The notes below the pieces were generated by a model, which saw only the letters and a program-made list of their open reading frames with translations, did not search any database and was not told the origin of the DNA. Source: a virus (Duplodnaviria; Caudoviricetes). Taken from it: a stretch of 64,000 nt of DNA. The DNA lies in the IMG/VR virus record IMGVR_UViG_3300046786_000304, positions 128,001-192,000 of that record, one strand, 5' to 3'. Below are positions 1 to 9,593 of the stretch, piece by piece. Made by a program: the position numbers and the translations under genes. Position 1 is the first letter of the stretch. Every line of letters starts with the position of its first letter.

Positions 1-102
1 GTAACACAGGAAATAAGCAACTTAGTTGATTCTGCTCCTGAATTACTTAACACATTAGGGGAATTAGCAAAGTCTCTAGGCACAGACGCTAATCAAGCCT
101 AA
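1..102 (+). CDS. 3' end of a tail-fibre-related ORF (truncated by window start)
   Basis: Frame 1 reads VTQEISNLVDSAPELLNTLGELAKSLGTDANQA* and matches the LVDSAPGLLDTLNELAAALG motif of the next gene. Confidence 0.7.
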   Translation, partial: VTQEISNLVDSAPELLNTLGELAKSLGTDANQA

Positions 103-140
103 CAGAATTTCAATAGAAATTCTATTTTGAGGATAAAGAA

Positions 141-3100
141 ATGCCATTAATTAAAGCCCGGTCGAGTTCCATTATGGAAAACGTTGACCTACGTGGTCAA
201 CCAACAGCAGAAACGGCGGCACAAACGGTTAATACAAATCAATTAGCCAGTACTGCTTACGTTAGAACAGCAGTTGCTGATTTAGTTGATTCCGCACCTG
301 GTTTGCTAGATACATTGAATGAACTAGCAGCCGCATTAGGTGATGATGCTAACTTTGCAACCACAGTTGCAGATAACATTGCTACAAAAGTACCATTAGA
401 TGGTAGTGTAGCAATGACAGGCGAATTGACATTGTCAGGTGATCCAATTACTAGCTTAGGCGCAGTAACAAAGAATTACGTTGATAATGCTATTAACGCA
501 CAAATGATCTACAGTACAGATGATGTAGATGAAGGTACAACACACTTATACTACACAGATGCTCGCGTAAGAAGCGCAGTAAGTTTAGACAGCGATAACA
601 CCGTTGTTTTGGACTATGACAGTACAAGCGGTCAATTTACATATCGTCATCCAACAAGTGACGGTGTATTAGAAGGTACTACAAACTTGTATTATACTGA
701 TAGCCGTGTTCGCAATGCTATTAGTTTAACAAGTGATGATGGTCAAATTCTTTCATACAGTTCACAAACAGGTGCGTTTACATTTACAACACCTGATACA
801 GACAAAATTGTTGAAGGTTCAACAAACCTATACTTTACAACAGCTCGCGCTCGTAACAGCGTAAGCGCAGGTTCAAATATTGACTATGACGCATCAACAG
901 GTATTTTCAGTACACAATCTGCTGTTTGGAGCGTTAACAGTCAAACTAATGATGTAGTATTAGACACAGACGACGTTAATGAAGGTAGTACAAACTTATA
1001 CTTCACAAATGCTCGCGCTGCCGGCGCAGTTAGTTTAACTACAGATGACACGAACATTTTAAGTTACAATACAGGTACAGGACGTTTTACATTTGTAACA
1101 CCAAGCACAGACGCTATCAGCGAAGGTTCAGTAAACTTGTACTATACAGATGCTCGCGTTCGAGCGGCCGTTAGTGCCAGTGGTGACATTAGCTACAACA
1201 GCGGTACAGGTAATTTCAGTTATTCAACACCAACAACTGATGGTGTTAACGAAGGTTCAAATAACCTATACTTTACAGATACTCGTGCTCGCAATGCTGT
1301 TAGCTTGTCAAGTGACAACACAGATGTTTTAAGCTATGACAACACAACAGGTTTATTCACATTCTCATTAGGTTCTCAAACAACCGATGACGTACAAGAA
1401 GGCACAACAAACCTATATTACACAGATGCTCGCGCTCGTTTAGCCATCGATGTAGCAGGTTGGGCTAACCTAAGTTACAATGATTCTACTGGTGTAATTA
1501 CAATTAGCTCTCCTGATACAGATGATGTTACAGAAGGTTCTAATTTATATTACACAGATACTCGCGCCCGCAATGCAGTAAGTGCAATACAAACTAGCGG
1601 TGATGGCGACTTCGAGTATGATAACACAACAGGCGTATTCACTTACGTAGGTCCTGATGATGCTGATTATCGTCAAGCAGTAAGCGCATATCGCGACAGC
1701 GGTGATGGCGATTTGCAGTACGATAGCTCAACGGGTGTATTCACATACACAGGCCCAAGTGCTAGCGAGACTCGTGCTCACTTTACTGCAACTACAAGTG
1801 GTACTGGTCACGGCGATTTAACATACGATAGCACAACTGGTGCATTTACATTAACTAAAGTATCAGTAGCCGATGTTCGTGGTGATATCAGTGGCGATGG
1901 TGCCGCAGGTGTTGATTATAACAGTACATCTGGTGTTATTAGTTTAGCTAACGTTCCAAACAGTAGTTTAGCTAACAGCGATATTACTGTTAATAGCCAT
2001 TCCATCTCTTTAGGTGGTAGCTATACATTAGACACAGACGATATTGGCGAAGGTGCTACAAACAAGTATTGGACACAAACACGTTTTGATAACGCATTGG
2101 CTGCATCTGATACGGATGATTTAGCTGAAGGTTCTAATAATTTATATTACACACAAAGCCGTTTTGACAGCGCATTCGCTGCCAAAACAACAACAGACCT
2201 AACAGAAGGTACAAATGAATACTTTACTACAACTCGCGCTCGTAACAGCGTAAGTGGTGGTACAGGTGTTACATATACTGCTGGTACAGGTGTTATTGAA
2301 ATCGGCCAATCTGTTGGCACAACTGACAACGTTACATTCAACGATGTAACAGTTAGTGGTGACTTAACAGTTCAAGGTACATTAACATCTATTCAATCAA
2401 CAACAGTTGAAATCAATGATTTGAACTTGACATTGGCTAAAGGCAGCGCAAACGCTACTCAAGCTAACGGTGCTGGTTTGACAGTCGATGGTGCTGGCGC
2501 TACTATCACTTACGCAAGTGGTGATGACAGCTGGAACTTTAACAAAGACGTTAATATTACTGGTGGTTTAACACTAACACAAGACTTGTCTGCTCCAACA
2601 TTCACAGGTGACTTAACTGGTAACGTAACAGGCAATGTAACAGGTGATTTAACTGGTAACGTAACAGGTAACTTAACCGGTGACGTAACAAGCACAGGTA
2701 CAAGTTCATTCTCTACAGTAGATATCAACGGTGGTAACATTGATGGTACAGTTATTGGTGGTGTAACTCCTGCCGCAGTTACTGGTACAACAATTACTGC
2801 TAACACTGGATTCAGTGGTGATTTAACTGGCGACGTAACAGGCAATGTTACAGGCAATGTAACTGGTGATTTAACTGGTAATGTTACAGGTAATGTAACT
2901 GGTACAGTTAGCGATATTAGTAACCACGATACTGACGCATTATCAGAAGGTACAACAAACTTGTACTTTACAGATAGCCGCGCACGTGCCGCTTTAAGTG
3001 GTGGTAACACAGGCACAGGTCATGGTAGCCTAAGCTACAATAGCGGAACTGGCGCATTTACATTCACTAAAGTTACTTCAAGTGACATCCGCGGTGAACT

Positions 3101-4544
3101 AAGTGCTCAAAAGGTCAGTGGCGATGGTAACTTTAGTTACGATAGCACTAGCGGTGTATTCAGTTACACTGGTCCTAGCGCAGGTGATACTCGCGCTCAC
3201 TTCAGTGCTGACACATCAACAGGTGCTGCATATGACCAATCAACTGGTGTATTCAGCCTAGCTAATATTCCAAATGCAAGTTTGTCATATAGCGATATTA
3301 CTGTCAATGGTTATACTATTGCTTTAGGAGGCAGCCAAACTTTAGATACAGACGATATTGGTGAAGGTTCTACAAATGAGTACTTTACACAAACTCGTGC
3401 TCGTAATGCTATTAGTTTGACAACTAGCGATGTTAATACATTAAGCTATGATCCTGCGACTGGTGTATTTGACTTTGACTTATCCGGTATTGATACCGAT
3501 GAAGTTCAAGAAGGTACAACAAACTTATACTTTACACAAGCCCGTGCTCGTCAAAGTATCAGTTCAAGTGGTTGGAGTAATCTAAGTTATGATGATACTA
3601 CTGGTACTATCACAATTACAGCTCCAAGTACAGCAGATGTAACTGAAGATTCTGGTTACTTGTATTTCACTAACGCTCGTGCTCGTAGTGCTATCAGCTT
3701 AACAACTGATAATTCTAGCGCATTAAGCTATGACCAATCAACTGGTGTATTCAGCTTCACATTGAACTCTGTTGACACAGACGAAATTGTTGAAGGCAGT
3801 ACAAACCTATACTTTACAACAGCTCGCGCTCGCGCAAGTGTAAACAATGGTTCTAACATCAATTATGATAGTTCGACTGGTACTATTAGTACTGATGCTG
3901 CAGTTTGGAGTGTCAATGGTCAAACTCATGATGTAACCTTAACAACCGATGACGTTAATGAAGGTTCAACAAACTTGTACTTTACTGATGTTCGTGCTCA
4001 AAATGCTCTAACATTAGTAACTGATGATAGCAATATCTTAAGTTATGCTACAGGTACATTGACATTTGTAACACCAACAACTGATGCTATCGATGAAGGC
4101 GCAGTGAACTTGTACTACACTGACACTCGCGCAGATGATCGTATCGCTGCCGCAAGTATCCGTGATTTAAGCGATGTTAATAAGACAGAAGCGTTACAAG
4201 ACGGTTATACACTAGTTTGGTCTAGTTCTTTAGGCGAATTCGTTCCACAGAACGTTGCCGTTCAAGCTACTACATTGAACTTCACTGGTGACGGTACAAC
4301 AGACAGTTTCAGTACTGGTGTTGAAGTTACTAGTATCGATAACACTCAAGTGTATATCAACGGTTTGATTCAAGCACCTACATACTCTTACACAATTAGT
4401 ACAACTAGTAATGTAACAAGTATCGTGTTTGATACAGCACCAGAAGCCAACGATTATATCTTCGTTCGCGTAAGTTCTACTTCTAGCTTGACAGCTGGTG
4501 GTGTTCTAAACGAATCAAGTAACATCGACGGCGGTACATACTAA
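141..4544 (+). CDS. Long repeat-rich tail fibre / virion structural protein (1467 aa)
   Basis: T/S/G/D-rich; 18 copies of a TDxxxEGxxNLY(F/Y)TxxRARxA-like motif; N-terminal P2/Mu-type fibre motif (ASTAYV..LVDSAP..LDTLNELAAALGDDANFATT); AGGA SD. Confidence 0.8.
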   Translation: MPLIKARSSSIMENVDLRGQPTAETAAQTVNTNQLASTAYVRTAVADLVDSAPGLLDTLNELAAALGDDANFATTVADNIATKVPLDGSVAMTGELTLSGDPITSLGAVTKNYVDNAINAQMIYSTDDVDEGTTHLYYTDARVRSAVSLDSDNTVVLDYDSTSGQFTYRHPTSDGVLEGTTNLYYTDSRVRNAISLTSDDGQILSYSSQTGAFTFTTPDTDKIVEGSTNLYFTTARARNSVSAGSNIDYDASTGIFSTQSAVWSVNSQTNDVVLDTDDVNEGSTNLYFTNARAAGAVSLTTDDTNILSYNTGTGRFTFVTPSTDAISEGSVNLYYTDARVRAAVSASGDISYNSGTGNFSYSTPTTDGVNEGSNNLYFTDTRARNAVSLSSDNTDVLSYDNTTGLFTFSLGSQTTDDVQEGTTNLYYTDARARLAIDVAGWANLSYNDSTGVITISSPDTDDVTEGSNLYYTDTRARNAVSAIQTSGDGDFEYDNTTGVFTYVGPDDADYRQAVSAYRDSGDGDLQYDSSTGVFTYTGPSASETRAHFTATTSGTGHGDLTYDSTTGAFTLTKVSVADVRGDISGDGAAGVDYNSTSGVISLANVPNSSLANSDITVNSHSISLGGSYTLDTDDIGEGATNKYWTQTRFDNALAASDTDDLAEGSNNLYYTQSRFDSAFAAKTTTDLTEGTNEYFTTTRARNSVSGGTGVTYTAGTGVIEIGQSVGTTDNVTFNDVTVSGDLTVQGTLTSIQSTTVEINDLNLTLAKGSANATQANGAGLTVDGAGATITYASGDDSWNFNKDVNITGGLTLTQDLSAPTFTGDLTGNVTGNVTGDLTGNVTGNLTGDVTSTGTSSFSTVDINGGNIDGTVIGGVTPAAVTGTTITANTGFSGDLTGDVTGNVTGNVTGDLTGNVTGNVTGTVSDISNHDTDALSEGTTNLYFTDSRARAALSGGNTGTGHGSLSYNSGTGAFTFTKVTSSDIRGELSAQKVSGDGNFSYDSTSGVFSYTGPSAGDTRAHFSADTSTGAAYDQSTGVFSLANIPNASLSYSDITVNGYTIALGGSQTLDTDDIGEGSTNEYFTQTRARNAISLTTSDVNTLSYDPATGVFDFDLSGIDTDEVQEGTTNLYFTQARARQSISSSGWSNLSYDDTTGTITITAPSTADVTEDSGYLYFTNARARSAISLTTDNSSALSYDQSTGVFSFTLNSVDTDEIVEGSTNLYFTTARARASVNNGSNINYDSSTGTISTDAAVWSVNGQTHDVTLTTDDVNEGSTNLYFTDVRAQNALTLVTDDSNILSYATGTLTFVTPTTDAIDEGAVNLYYTDTRADDRIAAASIRDLSDVNKTEALQDGYTLVWSSSLGEFVPQNVAVQATTLNFTGDGTTDSFSTGVEVTSIDNTQVYINGLIQAPTYSYTISTTSNVTSIVFDTAPEANDYIFVRVSSTSSLTAGGVLNESSNIDGGTY
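2604..2907 (+). repeat. Two blocks of 12-bp-unit (GNVT/GDLT tetrapeptide) tandem repeats
   Basis: ggtaacgtaaca/ggtgacttaact units; the protein reads TGDLTGNVTGNVTGDLTGNVTG in two blocks. Confidence 0.85.
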
Positions 4545-4563
4545 TTAGAAATAACTAGTACAC

Positions 4564-4590
4564 AAAAAGGGCTCTTCGGAGCCCTTTTTT
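4564..4590 (+). terminator. Rho-independent terminator
   Basis: aaaaagggctc-TTCG-gagccc-tttttt. Confidence 0.9.
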
Positions 4591-4605
4591 ATGATTGTAA
4601 AAAAG

Positions 4606-4613
4606 TATAAATA
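4606..4613 (+). promoter_or_regulatory. T4-type late promoter TATAAATA
   Basis: Exact T4 late consensus upstream of the 4637 ORF; the TAAATA core recurs before most structural genes. Confidence 0.75.
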
Positions 4614-4636
4614 CATTATTAAATTATATTTCCACC

Positions 4637-5137
4637 ATGCCAATTTTCCGAGGTAAAAATTTCGTCAGCGCAGTATCAGACTATAAAGATAGTGTTCGCG
4701 TTGCCACACGATCTAACGTAAACGTTAGCGCAAGTATATTCACAGTAGATGGAGTGTCTTTGGCAGATAAAGACAGGGTTTTGTTAGTAGGACAAACAAC
4801 ACAAGAACAAAATGGTATATATTCGTGGTCTGTGTCTACAAGTAAATTGACAAGAGCAGACGATGCTGATAGTATTTTTGAATTAAGTGGTGGCAATAAA
4901 GTCTATGTAGAAGAAGGTAATACTCAATCAAAAACATCGTGGACATTAGTAACGCAAGGCGTTATCAATCCTGGAATAACTCCATTAATATTTGCCAAAG
5001 AAAGTAGAATTAACACTACAGATGTCAGCGGAAATTATGGCGGATCTGGAAAAACTCTGGAAATTGATTTAGATGAAACAGGTCAAATCAATACTATCAG
5101 CGAAGTAGACATTGAAATTGACTGCGGCGAATATTGA
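4637..5137 (+). CDS. Virion structural / fibre-associated protein
   Basis: DSVRVAT..N...T.DGVSL..KDRVLL.GQT..EQNGIY motif typical of large-myovirus fibre proteins. Confidence 0.55.
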   Translation: MPIFRGKNFVSAVSDYKDSVRVATRSNVNVSASIFTVDGVSLADKDRVLLVGQTTQEQNGIYSWSVSTSKLTRADDADSIFELSGGNKVYVEEGNTQSKTSWTLVTQGVINPGITPLIFAKESRINTTDVSGNYGGSGKTLEIDLDETGQINTISEVDIEIDCGEY

Positions 5138-5236
5138 TTTGACCCCCATTTAACACTCTAGTATTTTAGTTTTGGCTAAATACTATACAAATAGTAGAAA
5201 TCGAAGTTCCTACAATTTCAAGGGGTATATACTCAA

Positions 5237-7714
5237 ATGGCCAATACAATTATTTTAAAGCGTAGTGCTACACCTGGCAAGGTACCAACGACAGGACAGC
5301 TAGCATTAGGCGAAATCGCAATTAACACACATGATGGTTTAATCTATATCAAGAAAGACGACGGAACTCCGAGCGTTGTTCAAATTGGTGGTGTAACCAG
5401 TGTTAATGGTGAAACTGGTTCAGTTACAATCGACACAGGCGACGTATCTGAAAACGGTAATCTTTATTTTACAAATGCTCGCGCAAGAAGCGCATTAAGC
5501 GCAGGCACAGGTATTAGTTACAACAGTTCTACTGGTGCAATTAGTACAGCTCAAAGCATTACAACAAGCGCAAGCCCAACATTTGCTGGTTTAACACTAA
5601 CTGGCGGAATTCCTAGCATTGCTGGTGATATTATTCCAAGTGCAGACGTTACATATAGCTTGGGTAGTTTAACTAAACAATGGAAAGACGTTTTCGTCGG
5701 TCCAGGTTCTTTATACGTTAACGGTAGTAAAGTTCTTGAAGACGTAAACGACACAATTACTTTTACAGCTGACACTGACCAAAACATCCGTATCAAAACA
5801 CTTGGTACTGGTATTTTACAATTAGGTTCTAGTACAACAAACATTAACATCGACGGTACGCTACAAATTGCTGCCGGTAAGAATATTACTGACAGCGCAG
5901 GCGTAAAAGTTAACTTTGGTGACAACATTGAAATGAACGGTAACAAGATTGTTGGATTAGGTGCTCCTAGTTCTGCAAACGATGCAGCCACAAAGACTTA
6001 TGTTGACACAGCAATTAGCGCAGTAAGCACATCAAGCATTGCTCAAGGTAACAGCAACATTAGCGTTGTTGATACAGGTACTGGTACAGTAACAGTTACA
6101 GTTGACGGTTCAACAGCATTGACAGTTGATTCAACTGGTGTTACAGTTGCTGGTAACTTTACAGTTAGTGGTACACAAACAGTTGTTAACAGTAACACAA
6201 TTAACTTAGCTGACAACATTATTACATTGAACAGTGACCACACTGGTGCTCCAACACAGAACGCTGGTTTGTTAGTTGAGCGTGGTGACGAAGCAGATGC
6301 TCAATTACGTTGGAACGAAGGCACTGATAAGTGGACATTCACAAACGACGGCGCAGTTTATTATCCAATCGCTGTTAACACAGATGACTTAGCCGAAGGT
6401 TCAACAAACCAATACTTTACAACAGCTCGCGCTCGTACTTCACTAAGTGCAACAAGTGCTACTGGTGTAAGCTATAACAGTACAACTGGTGCAATTAGTT
6501 TAGGTAGTATTCCAAACAGCTCACTAACTAATAATAGTATTACTATTAACGGTACAAGCGTTGCTTTAGGTGGTACACGTACATTAGATACTGATGCAGT
6601 TAGCGAAGGTACAACAAACCAATACTTTACAACAGCTCGTGCTCGTAGTAGCGTAAGTGCTGGTACTGGTATTTCTTATAACAGTACAACTGGTGCTATT
6701 GCAACAAGTGCTATTCCAAACGCAAGTTTGACAAACAGCAAAGTTACAATTGGTTCTACAGATGTAAGTTTAGGCGCAACAGTAACTACATTTGCTGGTT
6801 TAACAAGCGTTACATCTACATCATTCGTTGGTGCTTTAACAGGTAATGCTGATACAGCAACAAGTGCAGGTAAGTGGACAACAGCTCGCACAATCACTTT
6901 AGGTGGTGACTTAACTGGTAGCGTAAGTATTGACGGTAGTGCTAACGTAACATTAAATGCCACAGTAGCATCTGATACAGTTGCACTAGGCACAGATACA
7001 ACTGGTAACTATGTTGCAAGTATTACAAACGGTTCTTACATCACTGGTGCTAACGGCGGCAGCGAAGGCGCAGCCTTAACACTAGCAGTTGATGCAACAA
7101 GTGCTAATACAGCAAGTAAAGTTGTTGCTCGTGATTTAAGTGGTAACTTTAGTGCTGGCACAATCACAGCTGCATTAGCAGGTAATGCTACAACAGCAAC
7201 TACATTACAAACAGCTCGTGCAATTCAAGGCGTAAGTTTTGACGGTAGTGCGGCAATTACAGTTGTTACAGCAGGTACAGGTATTAGCGTATCAGGTACA
7301 GCAGTTACTAATACATTGTCAACAAGCGGTGGTTCAATCGGTGGCGCTATAGCAGTTAGCGGTGCTATTACTGCTACAGGTGAAGTTACAGCTTACTACT
7401 CTGACTTACGTTTGAAAACAAACATTGTTCCTATCGAAGACGCTTTAGAAAAAGTTGAAGCATTGAATGGTGTTACATTTGATCCAAACGAAGCCGCTTT
7501 AGCATTAGGTATCGACGATCGTCACCAGATGGGTGTTATTGCTCAAGAAGTTGAAGCAGTTGCTCCTGAATTGGTATGCGACTCAGCATTCAAAGGTTAC
7601 AAAACAGTTCGTTATGACAAGCTAACAGCATTGTTAATCGAAGCTGTTAAAGAACTAAGTGCTAAAGTGAAGACACTTGAAGCACAGTTGGGTAGTTCAA
7701 AACCAACATTATAA
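5237..7714 (+). CDS. Tail fibre with C-terminal intramolecular chaperone (peptidase S74-like)
   Basis: N-terminal MANTIILKRSATPGKVPTTGQLALGEIAIN anchor motif; C-terminal YYSDLRLKTNIVPIEDALEKVEALNGV...GVIAQEVE...VRYDKLTALLIEAVKEL. Confidence 0.85.
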   Translation: MANTIILKRSATPGKVPTTGQLALGEIAINTHDGLIYIKKDDGTPSVVQIGGVTSVNGETGSVTIDTGDVSENGNLYFTNARARSALSAGTGISYNSSTGAISTAQSITTSASPTFAGLTLTGGIPSIAGDIIPSADVTYSLGSLTKQWKDVFVGPGSLYVNGSKVLEDVNDTITFTADTDQNIRIKTLGTGILQLGSSTTNINIDGTLQIAAGKNITDSAGVKVNFGDNIEMNGNKIVGLGAPSSANDAATKTYVDTAISAVSTSSIAQGNSNISVVDTGTGTVTVTVDGSTALTVDSTGVTVAGNFTVSGTQTVVNSNTINLADNIITLNSDHTGAPTQNAGLLVERGDEADAQLRWNEGTDKWTFTNDGAVYYPIAVNTDDLAEGSTNQYFTTARARTSLSATSATGVSYNSTTGAISLGSIPNSSLTNNSITINGTSVALGGTRTLDTDAVSEGTTNQYFTTARARSSVSAGTGISYNSTTGAIATSAIPNASLTNSKVTIGSTDVSLGATVTTFAGLTSVTSTSFVGALTGNADTATSAGKWTTARTITLGGDLTGSVSIDGSANVTLNATVASDTVALGTDTTGNYVASITNGSYITGANGGSEGAALTLAVDATSANTASKVVARDLSGNFSAGTITAALAGNATTATTLQTARAIQGVSFDGSAAITVVTAGTGISVSGTAVTNTLSTSGGSIGGAIAVSGAITATGEVTAYYSDLRLKTNIVPIEDALEKVEALNGVTFDPNEAALALGIDDRHQMGVIAQEVEAVAPELVCDSAFKGYKTVRYDKLTALLIEAVKELSAKVKTLEAQLGSSKPTL

Positions 7715-7722
7715 TTTCCAGA

Positions 7723-7750
7723 GTTAAATGGGGTTTAGGTCCCATTTAAC
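7723..7750 (+). terminator. Intergenic hairpin (possible terminator or processing site)
   Basis: gttaaatggg-gtttaggt-cccatttaac; no U-tract. Confidence 0.45.
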
Positions 7751-7779
7751 AGGATAAATAAACACATAGGAGATTATAA

Positions 7780-7974
7780 ATGTCAGTTTTACCAGCAACA
7801 GGTTCTGAAATTGTAATGGGTCGTGTTAAACAGGGCTATTCAAACGTAGCACCCGGCGCCGGACAGAATATTTCGCTAAGTGGTACACTTGGTGGATATA
7901 TTGGACAAAGTTCAGGAACACAACTTAGTTTGAGTTCTAGATTCGGCGGCAGATTATCACCATACACATACTAA
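7780..7974 (+). CDS. Small Gly/Ser-rich fibre-tip-associated protein
   Basis: MSVLPATGSEIVM..ISLS motif; strong GGAG SD; TAAATA upstream; lies directly after the S74 fibre. Confidence 0.55.
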   Translation: MSVLPATGSEIVMGRVKQGYSNVAPGAGQNISLSGTLGGYIGQSSGTQLSLSSRFGGRLSPYTY

Positions 7975-7995
7975 TAATATAATTAGAAGCAACAT

Positions 7996-8027
7996 TATAA
8001 ATACCTCAGTAACCCTGAGGTATTTTT
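7996..8027 (+). promoter_or_regulatory. Late promoter overlapping an RBS-sequestering hairpin
   Basis: TATAAATA 7996-8003; stem aaatacctcag/ctgaggtattt contains the GAGG SD of the 8028 ORF. Confidence 0.7.
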
Positions 8028-8606
8028 ATGGCTAAACAAAAACCAACACAAAAAGACGAAGTATTAGAGCAATTATTTGCGCTATGTCCTTTTAACTTAA
8101 CCAGTGAGTTTGAAAGACAAAACTTTGAAGGACAAGCTGGCGTGGCTCGCGCTCGTTATGTAGTTTCTGTTATTAACAGAATTAGAAAAATCGACAGCGA
8201 TTTAGAACAAGAGCAACGTACATTTGAAACCAATTGTTTGTTAGAAGAACGCGAGTACTTGGTTAATTTTATTAAAAACGAACCACAGAATGAAATTCAA
8301 TCTATACTTTCAAATTGGCAAATTACCGAAGAAGAGTATTGGATTGATTATCTAGGCAAAGTTTCTGCCATTGAGTTATTAACAATGGGCAAGCCAAGTA
8401 TAGAAACAATGACTAAAATGGTTAAGTTACCAGAGTCTGCTTATATCAAAGCCACACAAATCTGTGTTAAATTAGCTAATGCTATTAAAGAAGCTACAGT
8501 AATGGCTGAGCAGGAAATTGGCGTTGAAGCAAATATGCCATCTGATGATACAGACACACAACCGCCATCGCAGCCTAAACGACTAAAACTTAAAAAAGTT
8601 AAATGA
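8028..8606 (+). CDS. Hypothetical helical protein (possibly fibre assembly)
   Basis: Clean ORF with SD, downstream of fibre genes; no motif recognised. Confidence 0.6.
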   Translation: MAKQKPTQKDEVLEQLFALCPFNLTSEFERQNFEGQAGVARARYVVSVINRIRKIDSDLEQEQRTFETNCLLEEREYLVNFIKNEPQNEIQSILSNWQITEEEYWIDYLGKVSAIELLTMGKPSIETMTKMVKLPESAYIKATQICVKLANAIKEATVMAEQEIGVEANMPSDDTDTQPPSQPKRLKLKKVK

Positions 8607-9247
8607 ACTATAACGAACTTCGATTAGCGATTTGTATTCCTACCAGGGATACAATGCACAGTAGTTGTACATATTCGTTGTACAATCTTTGTCAAAAGTT
8701 AACCGAACATGATATAGATAATAAATTATTTTTAAGTCCAGGTACACTAATCGCAAATCAAAGACATGAACTAGTGTTGGCCGCTAAAGAATGGGGAGCG
8801 ACTCATGTCATGTTTATCGACAGTGATATCGAATTTCAGCCATATCATGTTTTTGATCTATTAGACTTTGACGAACTAATAGTCGGTGCCGCATACAGTA
8901 AAAGAGTAGAGCCATTTATAACTACAGCATGGCATAAAATATATGACTGGAATTCTCACGTAGACGTAACAGCACAAACTGACAGCCATATACAGGTAGA
9001 ATGTATGGCTCTGGGATTTTGTTTAATTGGTATAACTGTCTTCGATCAGTTAGAACTTCCGTGGTTTATATTAGGCTACGATAAAACAGTAAATCAATAC
9101 ACCGGCGAAGACATTGAATTTTTTAGACAATGTAATGAAGTTGGAATTCCTATATGGCTTGATGTTGCCACTACCTGTGAGCTAGGACATTTAGGAACAC
9201 AATCATTTAAAGTTGCTGGCGGTATCGAAGTAGACCCCGCCATTTAG
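8603..9247 (+). CDS. Glycosyltransferase (GT-A / GT2-like)
   Basis: LAICIPT, THVMFIDSDIEF (DxD), GFCLI, GEDIEF, LGHLG. Confidence 0.75.
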   Translation: MNYNELRLAICIPTRDTMHSSCTYSLYNLCQKLTEHDIDNKLFLSPGTLIANQRHELVLAAKEWGATHVMFIDSDIEFQPYHVFDLLDFDELIVGAAYSKRVEPFITTAWHKIYDWNSHVDVTAQTDSHIQVECMALGFCLIGITVFDQLELPWFILGYDKTVNQYTGEDIEFFRQCNEVGIPIWLDVATTCELGHLGTQSFKVAGGIEVDPAI

Positions 9248-9593
9248 TATTCCATCTGTTTAGTTTAAGTATATTAGCTTCGGCAGAAACAATGTTATCT
9301 TTGTCTGCAAAATATCTTTGTACAGCTAAATCTTTTTCAGTATCATCTATAAGTATATTTAGTGTGTTATCTTTTGTTGACAACAATAACTTTATAATAG
9401 GATGATCCATATCCTCTAGATTTAATAAATGTTGAGTTTGTAAATACCAACGTTCTACATAACTTATTTCGGGTTTGAATAAAGTATTAAGCAATGGATT
9501 GTTTAGCCGAACGTCCCAGCAATAATATAAGTCTAATGATCTAGCGACTTTAAGGGGTTGTTCCTTTTTGGGAAATGGTATTATTTCTGCCAT
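9207..9593 (-). CDS. Hypothetical protein
   Basis: ORF coupled to the upstream NUDIX gene on the minus strand. Confidence 0.6.
   Translation of the reverse strand: MAEIIPFPKKEQPLKVARSLDLYYCWDVRLNNPLLNTLFKPEISYVERWYLQTQHLLNLEDMDHPIIKLLLSTKDNTLNILIDDTEKDLAVQRYFADKDNIVSAEANILKLNRWNTKWRGLLRYRQQL

Noticed and set aside
141-4544. Periodic repeats as a possible CRISPR array
   Set aside because: The repeats are in-frame, degenerate at third codon positions and encode a protein motif; there are no identical repeats with unique spacers
2147-6993. Long Val/Pro/Leu-rich antisense ORFs (2510-3016, 5551-5991, 6676-6993 and others)
   Set aside because: They mirror the Thr/Gly/Asn codon repeats of the fibre genes and have no SD or promoter
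5237-7714. Diversity-generating retroelement target (Mtd-like N-terminus)
   Set aside because: The C-terminus is an S74 chaperone; no reverse transcriptase or template/variable repeat pair was seen in the window
5145-7751. 11-bp direct repeat cccatttaaca flanking the 825-aa fibre gene
   Set aside because: Short and AT-rich, one copy is part of a hairpin arm, and no recombinase is nearby; plausibly chance
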